64,000 nt of DNA from Lama guanicoe (taxonomy: Eukaryota): contig MU053376.1 in NCBI GenBank assembly GCA_013239625.1, positions 1,202,833-1,266,832 of the forward strand, given 5' to 3'. Shown piece after piece: positions 49,101-62,200 of this stretch. Within the stretch, counting starts at the first letter, position 1. The number at the start of each line of letters is the position of its first letter. The position numbers and the translations under genes were made by a program. The notes under the pieces are model-generated. The model ran no database searches and had not been told where the DNA came from. It saw nothing but the letters and a program-made list of their open reading frames with translations.

Positions 49101-52100
49101 CTATTTCTACTTGAGGGGAAAGGGTCTGAACATTTGAAATGGGCAGGGGCCGGGAGTCTCAATGAAGCCAGTGGACCCACACCTGGGGGCACTCCCCGCT
49201 CATCTGTGCTCACGGTGGAAATCACCCCGCCCACTCTGCAGCTTCCCCCTCAGACCTCGACCTCAATATCCATGCCCCTAGCTCAGGAGGGGCTAAGAAT
49301 GTGAAAAACAGTCCCCCAAACCCAGAATAGGGAGGACAGGGAGGTGAACACTGGACCAACGCCTGCTATCTCACGGTTGGCTGCATCTGACTGCAAGCTG
49401 TTGGCCCTGGTTTCTTTCCCATCCTCCTCTCTAGCCTTTCCCCAGCTCAGGTCCAAGATGGTCTGGGGTATGGGACAGATAAGATCCTCTGGCCGTCAGC
49501 TTTGAGTCTTGCCAACTCACAGGGCATCATCTCCAGCCACCAGGAGGTTCCCCAGCCTCCCCGATGACCCCTTCCCTTATCCCTCACCCCCACCCCTCTC
49601 TTGGAGGACCCCGCAGACACCCTCCAGGGCCCTCCAATTCTGGCACCTTCAGCAAAAATGGGGCAGTGGGTCAGAGACCGCTTGCATGGTGGAGGAACCA
49701 AGAGGAAAGAGGAACTTCGAGCTGGCTAGAAACTAAGATGAGGCCAAAGCTAGGGCTCCAGGCTTGCAGACCACAAACTCCTAGGTGTCTCAAATTTTGG
49801 CAAAGTCCTTCACCAGAGTGGGTGGCAGTGGGGGTTAGAAGGGTAGGAAGATATTTACAACTGTTAGGACAAGCCAGGAATTCTTTGACCAACAAAAAAG
49901 GGATATATTCCTTCCCATCCCCTCCCCATCCCCTCCTCTTCCCAGCAGAGCAGCCTCCAGCAAGGCACTCCCAGCTTCACTCAGTCCCACCCCCACCTCA
50001 GGTAAAGGGCAGAAGAGAAATGACCCAGTGAGGAGGGGGGCCCTCACGCCTGCAGAACAATGCTGAGCCGTCCACCCCCCTCCCCAGCTCCCCTTAGCAC
50101 CGCGCTTCAGTAATTAAAATATGAATTCACCTTCCCTCCCCGAGCCATTCATCACAGCGAAGGGAAGCAGCTGCGGCTTAGGAGACCGGATTTGGGGGAT
50201 TAGCTCGGGCGGTGGAGCAGACACACCAGGAGAAAGAATTAAAAAGGAAAGGAGTGAATTGGGTTTTCTCTCCCCACCTCCTCCCCGCTCCCTCTCCCTC
50301 CTGCTGCCTTGGAGCCTCACACCCCACCCCTTCCCCCAAAGCCTGGCCTCTGTAGGTTTCTGGGAACTGTAGTCTCCATCACTGTGTTGACAAACAGGCA
50401 GGCCAGGGGTGGGTGGCGGCACAAACTACAGATCCCAGGACTTCTGCCCGGAGTTGGCAGCAGCAGAGCTGGGCACAGGCTTCTAGTCTGGGAGAAGCCC
50501 AGTTCTCCTTGGAGATTAACTCCTTCTTGGCCTGCTTGGGACCAAGTTCTAGCCTCTGGCCTGGAATCTGGAGCCAAGGTCCCCTCTGCCTTTGATGGCT
50601 TGCCCAGGCCAGCCCCGCTTTGTTTCTTGCTTGCCCACCCAGAGAGGAAGCTCCCCCCACTTTTCAAAACTGCAAGGGCAGCCTCGATTTTACCAGTGGT
50701 TCTGAAGGACTTGTGGGTCATGGCCACAAAACATGTAGTCTTGAATTGTCTTTATGCCCTGGTTTCTAGGGTCTTCCAGGCCTGCTTGGCTGCAGCTGGC
50801 CCACCCCAAGGGTCATCACAAGCATGACTGGGGTCATTAGTGTGACAGGGTGATGTGGTGGTCCAGGCTGTCAGTGCCAGAAGGGCCCCCAGGGGTCAAA
50901 CTTTGGTGCTATCCCCTTCTAAAGATGGGACAGAGATTTTCTGACAGTCCTTGCATTTAGAAAGCAGAGTTTTAGCAGTCCAACTCCATTTCCCCTAAAA
51001 ATGGGACGAATACAGCCAGAGAGATTCACTTGAATCTCAGCGGTGTTAAACACGGGCCCGCTCTCCCAAGGGAGGCCTTATGCTGGGAATCTCTGAAGGC
51101 TGTGAAAAAGACTTAGATTGCTCAGAATATTTTAGGCTTCAGCTGTCTGCAGGCAGGGGACAGGACAGACGCAGCCCTCTGATCTGTGAATCCTCCGGGA
51201 GAGGGCACGAGGCCAGCTTGCCTATTCAATTCAGTTCCACGATTATGTGAAATACATAATTGCATATCTCCTCCATGCCTGCCCTGCTGGCAGTGGCCAA
51301 GAGACGGACAAGAGAAAGGAGATGCAACTCTGCAGCCCCAGAAGTACCGCAGGCCCGGCTCGGCAAGGTGAGACTGTCTCAGGTGAGCTCCTGAATTGTG
51401 GGCTTGCTCTTGATCCCTGCAACAAACGGCTTCTACCCTATCCCCCTGCTCTCCCAGCTCACAGTGTGTTCAACATTTACCCAGCAACCCCTACTGAGAG
51501 CCTGACCTTGTCTTGCTGGAGCTTCAGGGAGCCATAAGAATCCTTGAAGGGGTCATCTGTCCCTTTCTTCCCAGGCCCAGCCCAGTGCCAGGGCTTTCCT
51601 GGCAAATTGCGCAATCAGATCCCTGGGGGGTTCAGTTATAGGCAGGAAGGGGGCCTTTTCACTTAGGAGATGGGGAGCGAGAAGCCAGTCAGGTGCCTGG
51701 ATGTGCTCAGGGCAGAGTAAGGCATAGGACAGGTTCATTCTGAGCAGGGGGCAGCTGGACGAAGGGGGTGCTTAGCCACCTCTGCGCTCTGGGCAAGAGA
51801 ACCCAGAGGGAAAGTGGGAAACCCTGACAACTTCTCATCCCTTTCTTGCATCATCTACGCTGGGGCGAGAGGGGAAGTGGCTTGGCTGAGACACAGCAAA
51901 AACCCAGCTGGCTCGGGCTTTCTCTTTGCTTCTCCTATTGTTTTGATTCCACCCCCACTCCCGGCTCTGCTCCTGCTGGAAAAGGAAAACCCACGATGGG
52001 TGATGGAGAAAAGGTGATTAGAGTTGGACCATGGGGCCAGTTTGGGGACATACATCCAGTGCAGACCTGGTAAGAGGCAGCTCTAGTGTGAGCGCATCCC

Positions 52101-52124
52101 AACTTCCAGCACGATGTGGCAAGA

Positions 52125-52320
52125 GCACTGAATCAAGTCCCAGCACTGCCCCTTTTTAACCATGTGAACTCGGGCCAGTTTCTTATACCTCGGATTTCCC
52201 ATAAGTAAAATGGGATAATAATAACCTTTTTCATAAGGATTGTTTCCAAGATTAAATGAGTTAGCACAGCTAAGATGGATTAGAATCATGCCTGGTACAT
52301 AGCAGGTATTAGGTGAATGT
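52125..52320 (+). mobile_element. MIR SINE
   Basis: cctcggatttccccataagtaaaatgggataataata...aagattaaatgag...tgcctggtacatag. Confidence 0.7.
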
Positions 52321-53222
52321 TGGCCAGGGAAATTGAGGGCTCGAAACATTGTAAGTAACTTGCCTCCTGATTCTGAACACCAAATACAGTACTTTGATTC
52401 TTTAGTGGTCTTAGACAGACCAGGGGCTGGAAGGGGAGGGGAGGCAAGGGTGATTCTTCTGCTGCTCCAGCCAGACTGCTTCCTTTCCATCTGTTGGAGT
52501 CTTCCAGGGTGGCCGAGATGGAGTTAGGCATGGGGAGCCAGGCAAGATGAGTGACAGGCAGGAGAGAACGGGGAGGGCAGGTACCATTCACAGACCCAGA
52601 AGGAGGGAGGCAAATGCCTGGACAGGGCAGCAGGCCAGGAGTGAGGGACCCTGGGCTCCGACTTGCAGCCCATGGGGAGCGGCTGCTTTCCTAGTTTCAC
52701 TCTGTTGAATTTCCTCTCCCTAGCCTGAGCTCGCTCATGTCAGCCACTGAGAAGTCCCGAAATCTCTCTTACACAGGAAAAGGCTGAGGATTCCGAGCTC
52801 ACCACAGAGAAGTCAGCAAGGCCAAGAAGCACAGGCTGTCCTGGAGGCACTGAGCAAAGGCCCGAAAGCTGTGTGGTCCAGTGCCCCTGACTCCAGCCGC
52901 CAAATCTCTGAGCGCAAGACAGGCCTCAGTGACTTGGCAAGGGGGAAAGGAAGGGATTCAGAAACCCCAGTGCCCCTGAACGTCTCCCTCCATCCTCAGG
53001 TAGACTCTCCCTCTGGAATCCCTCGTCCAGTCTGTTCATTTCAGAGTGAGAGACCAGGTTCAGAGAAGGGAATTGACTTGGCCCAGGTCACACAGCCTAG
53101 CCCCAGACCCCAGGTTACCAGATCCCCAGCATGCCAGTCCCCAAGCAGAGCCCCCTACTGGTGCCCCCTTTGCGGCTGCCTCCAAGCCTGTTCCGAGGGG
53201 AGACACTGCTGCGGCAGGAGAA

Positions 53223-53318
53223 GGAGCAGGCCCCTCACTGTAGCCCATGGCTTTTAGCCCTACATGAATTTGGAACAGTAATCACATAGGAATGAAAAGC
53301 CATAGGCCACAGCAGAGC
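53223..53318 (-). ncRNA. MIR135B: miR-135b precursor hairpin (5p mature 53304-53282; 3p 53265-53244)
   Basis: Minus strand contains TATGGCTTTTCATTCCTATGTGA (miR-135b-5p) and ATGTAGGGCTAAAAGCCATGGG (3p arm) in a stem-loop with paired flanks. Confidence 0.98.
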
Positions 53319-56300
53319 TGAGGGGTTCCAGCAGCAGGAATCTCAAAAGCAAGCAGGGAGCTGGGGGTACCTGGGGAGTCTGCACTCACCTCACCGACCC
53401 CACCCACATACCCACACTGCCTCCCCTGAAGCACTGGGCCCCCCAGGTCACATCCCCCCACCACCTGCCCAGGGCCCCAGAAGCATTAAAGCCACCCCAG
53501 TAATGAGTTTCCAGTTCTTGCCCTACAAAGGCCCCACACAATGAGCCTCACTCCGGGGTTTAAGGAGGGGTGGCTTCCTGGCCATAAAGGACCTCCTCGA
53601 ATTTCCTTAATTAGCCTCCAGCCCCCTGCCCAGGGTCCTTAACTACCTCCTCCTCTTTAGAATAAGGCCGGATCTTTTCAATGCTACTGCAGGGTGCCCA
53701 GGACCAGTCCCATATTAGACTCTCTCCTTACAAAGCTTAACCCTTTCCAGTCCAGGAAGCAAAGCAGGCAAACGGGGGGCCTGCCTTTTCTTTAGCAGAG
53801 TGAACAAATTTCTCAAGCACTCCCAAGGCTGGGAGCTGGCCGGCACTTCCTCAACTCGTCCTGGTGGCCACCAACTGCGTCCATTTTTGCGTGGTGCACA
53901 AAACGAGGGGCGGATCTCTGTCTTCAGACCTAAGTGGAGGCAGGAAAAGCGCCTGACCTTGGAATCCTCACCAGCTGAGGGCAGCTAGCTTTGGAGTCGT
54001 CCCTGGGTGATGCTGTGGGAGGGGGTTCTCAGCGCTCTGCCTCTCTCCTCGGCAGGATATGGTGGCTAGCACAAGCATCCCCAGGACTAGGCTGAAGAGC
54101 TGCATCAAGGTGAACCAAGGTCTCAGGACCCTGGAAAAGATGTGCTCTAAGCACAAGGACATCTCTTCACTCCTCGTCCCTGGATGGGTCAGTAGTGGGC
54201 ATGCATCAGCCTTGAAGGAGAGGAGTGCAAGGAACTCCAGTTTCAGGGAAGCCCCAGGGGATTCAGCTCCCCAAGCCTGGCCTTGACTTCTCTGAGACCC
54301 ACACCCCCAACACCCCCCAGAATGGACCAGGTCAGACCCTGTCTCTGCCAGGGAGCAGCTGCAACCCCACCTCAGTCCTCCACCCAGCCTCAGGGGCAGG
54401 CTCACTGGCTCTCTGCAGGACCCGGGCCCGAGGGACCTCCTTCAACTGGGCGCCCTACTCTCCCCCAGAATAGCACACAGCGCACGCACATCTACACACA
54501 CACCCCAGTCTTGCCCAATCTTGGGGCCAAACTCCCCCCCCTGAACTTTGGGTCATCAGCCTTAACCCCAGAAGCCTCTGGTTTTCCCTCCCTTCCTCTC
54601 CCCTGGGCCCCCAAGTCCCAGACTCAAGACCTGCAAAACATTGCGGGCCCCAAACAGAATGACCACAGTCCCCTCCCAAGGGACACTGGGCTACGGAGTG
54701 GGGCCCAGGGGGCAGCTCACCTGGTGGGCCCTTCGAGGCCCCCTCTCCCTCCAGTCTCCCTGACAATTCCCGCAGAGCCACTTCCTGCCTTGTGGGCAGC
54801 CACTCACTCCTCCACTTGCCCCTAGAAGCTCCAGGCCCAGCCCCGTGAGGGCAAGCCTCCTCCCCCTTCCCGCCCACCGCTGGCCGGGTCTGAGCTGTGC
54901 CCAGCTCCACTTGACTCACTGGTGAAGACCTGACCGCCCCTCCCCCAGCCCAGTGGCCGGTGGGCGTGCAGGCAGGCGGGGGAGGTCAGGTACTCCTTCA
55001 GCCTTGACTTGGGCCTGGGTAACAAAGGTCTCATTGAGCCTCTGGCTGTCTGGTCGCTGAAGCACAAACCTCTTGTATCTACTTGCTTTTGATCTCACTC
55101 CCTCTGAACCAGCCATGTATTACTCCCGTCCCCCTGCCGGGCTATTGCTGTGGAGGGGCTGTTTTGTCTCCTCCCTCCCGCCCCATCTCCTTTCTCTCCT
55201 TCCTTCCCCTGCTGCTCCCCTCCAGCTTTTTTATGGTTTAATTTTTGGCAGGAGACCTGAGGCGGCTCCCTGGAGGCCCCTTCTCCTGCCCGACTGCCCC
55301 TCCCCGCTTCTGCAGCCCTCGCTCCTCTCCAAGCTCACCCCCCAACTCTGTGTTCCTCTGCATCCACTGCTCCCACTCTTGTCCGTCTTTCTGTTTCAAA
55401 GATCCTCAGACCGGCTCAAGTCGGGCCCCTCCACCCACCCTCAACTGGACTTCCCTTGGATTCCTGGCACAGCTGGTGATCCAGTCCTGGCTTCCTGGCC
55501 CTGGGCTCAGGAAAGGCTCAGCCCTTGGCCTGCTTGCCAGCCCCAGCCCACCTGACAAGCCCCAAGGAATTTCCAGAAGGGGGGGGTCTCTCCCCACCGC
55601 GTTTCTGGGGCCAGAAGGACTGGAGGTTGAGGGGAAAGACAGCTATCAAGTCTCAGGTAACGGCCTGTCCAGAGCTCCTCGGAATGTGGAGGAAGGGGAA
55701 AGAGGTCACTAGGCCTCACCTCCTCTTCTGCTCCCTCCAGTCCTGAGGATCTGCTTTCTAGTGAAAAGCCACTGCTTGGTGAGAACCCCAAGGATTCACC
55801 CTCCTCAAGCTAGGGCCACCCCGCTATTCCTGTCTCCTCTGTGACTACCTCCCAACCTTCCGCAGCGCTGCTCGGGGCGAGGCCTGGGTGCGGCCCAGGC
55901 AGCACAAGGAGCAGTGCGTATGGGCCACCTCATGGGCTGCCTCACAGGCCACTGGGAGTTCTCTCTGGCTTCCCTGGCCCTGTTCTCCAAGATGGGCCAC
56001 TCCAGGGAAAGAGACAGTCACGCTTGAGGTCTGAGCTCCCCTCAGAAATGCCAACAGATGCTAAGAATTCCCATGCTAGACTCCAGAAAGCTCTGCCAGC
56101 TGCCCCTGCCTACCACCTGTGGCCGCCTCTCCACCGCTGGAGTTCCCAGCCCTCCCTGGCCCCCAGGTGCTCCCACTCAGCCGAGCGGAGGGTTTGTGAA
56201 ACCTCTCCTGCCCCGACAGAGGCCTCATTCTTCCTGCTGCTGGCTCTCATTGTCCCTTATGACTCCACACATTCTTGGGCCTCTAATGAGAAGCGGAGAC

Positions 56301-59192
56301 AGCCACCAGCCCTTCCAGCCCTGCTCCTCTTGTCAACACAGCCTGGGCCCAGCCGCCAGCCTGTGGCAGGAGTTGGGGGAGGGAGGCGCACGGGGGGAGG
56401 GGGGCATGCGGGCATCCAAGAGAGGGGAAAAGAAGGCTGGAGACAGAACAGAGGGAGGGAGGAGACGAAACTGGGAGAAACAGAACAGAGCCGCTAAGAG
56501 AAATTGTGAAAGGGGAAAGGCGGTGATAGCAAATGGAAACATAAGAGAAATTACATTGGAAAAAACAGGAAAGGAACTAATATTTTACTGAGTGAAAACT
56601 ATGTGTCATGCACGTACTAGGCCTCTGTTATTTATAATCATCCGGTTAATGCAAACACTATTATTATTGGCCCCATTTGGTAGATGAGAAAACTGAGGCT
56701 TGCAGAGGCTGGGTGGGCATTTTTGCTTTTAGAGAAGACGGCGGGAGAAGGCTGAGAGAGAGAAAGGAGAGAGCTGGGAAAGGAAGAATGCTGACGAAGG
56801 AAAGTGGAGGGCTGCAGTGGAAAACATGCAGAATGGGAGGAAGCAGAGAGGGATGGGGGAGCCGGCTGTCAGCTAGAGAGCAGACCTGAGGGATCCCTGA
56901 CCTCCTGCTGGTCCCCTCAGGGTGATCTGCCTGACCCAAGAGCAGACACTCCAAGGGCCCTGCAGGTGTGCCGTCCCCTCTCCAGTAATAAGTCCCTTGA
57001 TGCCCACACCTGCTGGAGAACAGAGGTCCAGCCTGGAAACTGAAGGCTTTCACTGGCGAATAGCCTGCAGCAACTCCCTTTCTGGCAGCCCCCAGCACCA
57101 CCATTCCCTTTGAGGGCACACAGTCACTCTGATTCTCAGCCTACATCATGGCACTCAGGCTGGAGAGGGTTCCAGCTGAAGGTAAACCGGATGAGGAGAG
57201 GAGTGGAGGCGGGGCTAGTGAGCCATTTGCCCTCCAGAGGAGAGAAAGCCACAGAAGTAAGGGGCGGGGGGGGGGGTACAGACTGGGCTCAGACCCAGAA
57301 AAGACTGACGAACTAGAATGCTCCAGTACACTCCCCACCACCAGAGGAAACCAAACACCAGGTGTCCAACCACTGCTCAGACTACAGCCAGATACACAGT
57401 AGGTGCTCAAGAAAAGGTAAGCATGGAAGGGGTTCTTACCCCTGGAAGGAAGTTAGAGCAAACCTAATGTCCCATTGACTCCAAGACAACGAATCGACAT
57501 TGGAGCTGACTTCTCCTCTTGGAACTTTTTCATAGACTTTAGGGGGTGCTTAGAGCCCAGCAGCCTGCCTCTTTGCCCGTGGCGGGAACAAACCAGGACA
57601 TGAGGAAGGTACTGAACAGGAGGCACTCACTCTGACCATCCCACACACTCTCACCTGGAGGAGAGTAAACCAGAAGCATATCCATGATTCTAAGGATGTT
57701 GGCTGATCGATATAGGTACAGATTTGTTGAATGAATGAATGATGAAGCTTGGAAGCAAAGGCAAGAGACCTAGGTTGTCCCATATCTCAGGCTTGGCGAG
57801 CCTGGGGCTCCCTCATGCCTCTACTCTCTGGGAAGAGGGTTCTTGTTGCGGGGCAGGTTGTGGTCACCCTGGCATCTAACTCCACCCACCACGGGAGTGA
57901 AATACTGCTGACACTTCAGAAGAGCCTCAGTGGTTTGATTTTGCCACCTCTGCCCTGAAAAGGCCTCCAGATTTGGAGCTGGGATGCGTCTGTGGGTACA
58001 GGCCCCGACCCAGAACTGCTCTGGGGGAAGACTAGTTCTAGGTAGACCAGGCAGCCTCCCATATACTGTTCTCCAGACCTGAGCCAGACCAGCAGTGTGC
58101 TTGCTACCAAGAGCAGGCTGACAATTCTATTTCTATACCCCGAGGTAGTAGCCATCCCCATGGCTCAAATTTCTTCTGTCCCCCAGCTCTGGTTCTACTC
58201 CAGAGTATGATCAGCTCAGGTTCCCTCTCAGTCACTGATTTGGGAGCCCCCCACAACCCAGGGTCGGGAGGAAGGATGTTGCTCCACTGACTAAGAAAGC
58301 AGAGCGGTCAGGCATGAATTTTCTTTTTCCCAAGGGCTTTCTCTAGTTGTCTCAGGAGCCTCAGTTCTGGGCCTTCTCAGGCAGAGGGAGCTCCCCACCT
58401 GACAGGGTCCATGGGCTCTTAGGAAAGGCGAAGGAGACCTGGTGATAGTCTTGGGCAATCAAGGCAGAGAGAGTCTAGGGAAGGAGAGAGCAGGGGCAGA
58501 AGCTGGGGGGTGGGTCTCTACAGGCTGGACCCTTCCAGCCCCTGCGTCTGATCTCTACTCAGCTCCACGGCTGGTTGTGAGAGGGAGAACACAGGGAAGC
58601 ACTTATGTCACCAGGATCCAGCCTTCCCAAGCACAGGACCTGGGCCACAGTTTTGCCCCTGAGAGCAGTCAGGCTGTTAAAGAAGAATACAATAATGGGT
58701 CATTCGCAAACTCACCTGCATTTCAACCTGAGCAGTTCATGAACATCAAAAGGTTCTAATGCCTCGCCCAGGCCCTGTTCCTCCCCCTTCTCCTTTCCTC
58801 CCATGCCCTCCTCAACTCACATAGGGTGATGGTGGTCCAGCCTAGAGAATTCCACAGCTGGGCACTCCCAAGCCCCTGTGGAGTACCTCTCAGAGGAGGA
58901 GGCAGGCAGAGATAAACAGTGGGGAAAAAGTCTGCAGGCAGCCCTTCATTTTGCAAACACGCACTGAGCACATACGGACAGGCAGTGTGCTGGACACCGG
59001 GAGACAGCACTGGCAAAGGCACAGCCACCAAGCGGGCAGTCCACTGGGAAGACAGGCCCAGATGCGTATGTGCATGACTGCATTCAGAGCAGTCCCACCG
59101 CCCTGCGCCTGGTCTCTCCCACCACCCAGAGCCTTCACACTGCCTTTTCTGGGAATAAAATGAACTTAGCCCTCCCTAATTTGATGGATATT

Positions 59193-59195
<3 letters not shown>

Positions 59196-59252
<57 letters not shown>
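59196..59252. repeat. (GT)n microsatellite, about 28 units
   Basis: Direct reading. Confidence 0.97.
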
Positions 59253-59255
<3 letters not shown>

Positions 59256-59321
59256 GGGGGTGGGAGGGGGGGACCGCTTGTGTGTCCGAGTGTGTGCCCN
59301 NNNNNNNNNNNNNNNNNNNNN

Positions 59322-59359
<38 letters not shown>
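59322..59359. repeat. (GA)n microsatellite next to an assembly gap
   Basis: Direct reading; N run at 59300-59321. Confidence 0.95.
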
Positions 59360-59362
<3 letters not shown>

Positions 59363-60239
59363 TCCTCTTTCTCCTGACTGTGACAGGCCCCATGGGGAGG
59401 TGGGAAGCTGGAACTGAGTGACTGAGATAGAAGCTATTCCCAGCCCCAAGCCGCAGCTGGGTCCTTCTGGAGGAGGAAAGCGGGGTTTGCAGGCCACCAA
59501 AACTGCTCCCCAAGGGGGCTTCTTAGAGGATAATCAATTCAGAGCTCTCCAGTCCTGGGGCTCCCATCCCAGCTTCTAAAGAACCAAATTTCTCTCCAAA
59601 GTTAGCTTCTTAAGGCTTAAGTTGGGCTAACTTGTTCACTGGCAGATGAAGCGACACTGAAAAGCCACCAGGAAAAAGTAAAATCAAACCTGAAGAAGAA
59701 TTTGTTAATGAGGGTTGGGAGAGCAGGATGCTAGTGCTTCCAAAGCAAGGCTGTGGAATGTCGGTCAGGAAGGGAGGGCTCTCCCTGGGGCCCCCAGGCG
59801 CCCTCTCCTGACCAGTTTGGTAGAGGCAGGGGCTGGTGGCCAGCTGGGTTCCCTAGGGGCATCCAGCCATGGACCCTTTCTCAGGAAAGGGAGCAGCTAT
59901 CCTCTCCATAGCTGTCTCCCCTGCCCCCACCCAGACCAGCGTTCCTGTTCCCTGGCCGGCCTCCAGCTCCAGCCCCTCTTAGGATGCAAGTGCCCTACGG
60001 CTGAGGAGGGAGGTGGGAGGAGGACCCAGGGCCAAGAGTTGATGGTTTTGCCCAAGGAAATGGCTTCTCTAGCCTCCCAAGCTGGCTCCTGAGGACTTCT
60101 GCCCCAGGGGTACCTAACACCTCTGCTTTTCCCGTCTTAGTGCCAAACAAATGCACAGGTGTCACAAAGTCCTGATCCCTGCCTCATTTATAGCCCCGTC
60201 CTCATCCCACCCCATACCACGGGGTAAAGGAAAGCAGGG

Positions 60240-62200
60240 AGGCACCCAAAGCGGGTTTCTCCCCGCCGGGAGAGGGAGACTCGGCTACCTCCTGAACCAG
60301 GGCTCTAGCTCCTTCTCATACTCCTCCGCACCCCACCCCCCGCCCCAATCCCACCAGCAGCAAAAACCTTTAAAGGGAACAAAGACAATGGGGGCGGAGC
60401 TGGGGGGCTTCCCTTTGGCGAATCTGGGGCGGCAGGTTGACGCAGCCCGCGGCTGGTCAGCGCCGGCTTTCAGGTGAGTGCCTGAACCCGCATCCTGGAG
60501 TCCGCCCAAGCCTCAAGATCCCCTCATCGCCCAGTCAAACCCCCCGGAGAAGAGACCGGTCCTCCTCAGCCGATCGGTCCTCAACCCGGCCCAGGGGTTT
60601 GCAGCACTTTCTGCCTATTTGTTTTCGCTCAGTACTCACAGTTCGGATGCTAAGCCGTCTCCTCTCTTGCACTCACTTCCTTTGTCTCTCTCCCTCTCTC
60701 CCTTTTGCAATCTCTCTCTCTCTCTTCACTCCTTGTCTGATTCTCTGCTGTAGCTTCCAGTGGAGAAAAATAATTATTCTTCTCAATGGGTTCGCACGGG
60801 GCGCACGCACACACACGCGCGCGCACACACACATACACACACGCACACACCGCCGTGGTACCCAATCAATGCACAAATCTTCGGGGTCCCTTTAACCTCT
60901 GCGGTTGCTCCGGGAGTTAATTATGAAGCCTATTTCGGCGCAGCATAAATATGCATTAAGGTATGAAATGACAACCGATGCTCTTGAACTTCAGGGAATT
61001 GGCATTTAGACAGACTTCGTCTAGCCGCCTCCCATTCCCTCCATAGCCCCACCAGCCACCTCCTCAGCCTCGCGCCTTCCACCGGATCGCAGTGGCCACC
61101 GCGAGCTCCCACCCTGGGGCCAGGGGGCAACGTCGCGGCGTCGGCCCCACTCTCAGAGCCCGCAGACCCCACTGGCGCGCCCCCTGCGGTCCGGGCAGAT
61201 CCTCGGCGGGAGGTTCCACTCACCCCACGCCCGCAGGCCGGGCCCAGGCCCGCGCCGCCCCCCCGCGCAGTGACTGTCTGTGAACAAACTCCGAGCTCAG
61301 TCCTTTGAGAAGCTGGCGAGAGCGGGACGGCTACCTGCTCGCGCGCCCGAGTTCCGGACCAAGCGAGAAAGACCCGGGACGCGATTCAACTCCCTTTCGG
61401 GCAAAGCCGCCTGGCGCCCTCGGGTCCCGCCGCCCCCGGCCGGTCCCGACCCGCACACGCAGGCCTGCATTTGCACACGCGCGCGCGCACAGGCACGCAC
61501 CCGCGCACACACAGAGGCACACACTCGCGCACAGACACTCCCGCGCGCGCTCACGCCCGCACACACTCAGGATTATAACAAAGGGAGAGGGGGCAGCGCT
61601 ACCTTACTTTTCTTCTCTTCTCCTCTCTTTGGCAGCCCCCCAGCACCGGGGCCNNNNNNNNNNNNNNNNNNNNNNNNNNNNNNNNNCTCCGCGCCCCCCG
61701 ACGGCAGCGGGCGGGCGGCATTCCGGAGCAGCGCGTCCGAGCCGCAACTTCGCGCCCAGGCGCCCGCGCCTCGCAGCCCGGCGGGCGGGAGACAAAAGCT
61801 GCGGCGGCGCCGGAGGCCGCGCGGCCAAGGTGTGCTCGCTAATTGTCAGGAAATGTGTGTGTGCGCGCCCGGAGCCGAGAGCCGGGAGCCGAATTAGAGA
61901 ATAAATTATCTGCTCTCTTCTCATTGGGCTGTGGCTGAGGACGCCGTCGGCGGCTCGGGGCTGGGAGCTCGCCCGGCTCTTTGCATTCACCGCACAGCTC
62001 CGGCTCGCCTCGCTTCGCGGGGGCCGAGAGCCCAGGGCCTTGGCTCCAGACGCCGGAGGACACCAGCCGGCTGGCCGCGCCACCCCTCCCCCGCCAGCCG
62101 GCTTGGCCTGACCCTTCTCCCCTCCCAATTCTGGCTGGTGTCTGGGGGCGGAGAGACCCAGGAAAAGAAGCCCAGAGGGTGGCGATCTCAGAGTTCCTCT
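60240..62200. promoter_or_regulatory. Large CpG island, likely promoter of the minus-strand miR-135b / microprotein / long LEMD1 transcripts
   Basis: Very high GC and CpG density; minus-strand CCAAT at 61927-61923; AT-rich box near 61895-61909; GCGC runs; candidate first-exon donor AAA|gtaagg at 61608. Confidence 0.8.
61654..61686. other. Assembly gap (33 N) inside the CpG island
   Basis: Direct reading. Confidence 0.99.

Noticed and set aside
55566..55578. GGAATTTCC NF-kB-like site and a possible donor at 54920 near miR-135b
   Set aside because: Short motifs expected by chance; sequence alone does not support a promoter or exon call
59070..59513. ORFs with VCVC, HTHT and ERER runs
   Set aside because: Translations of the (GT)n and (GA)n microsatellites and the N gap
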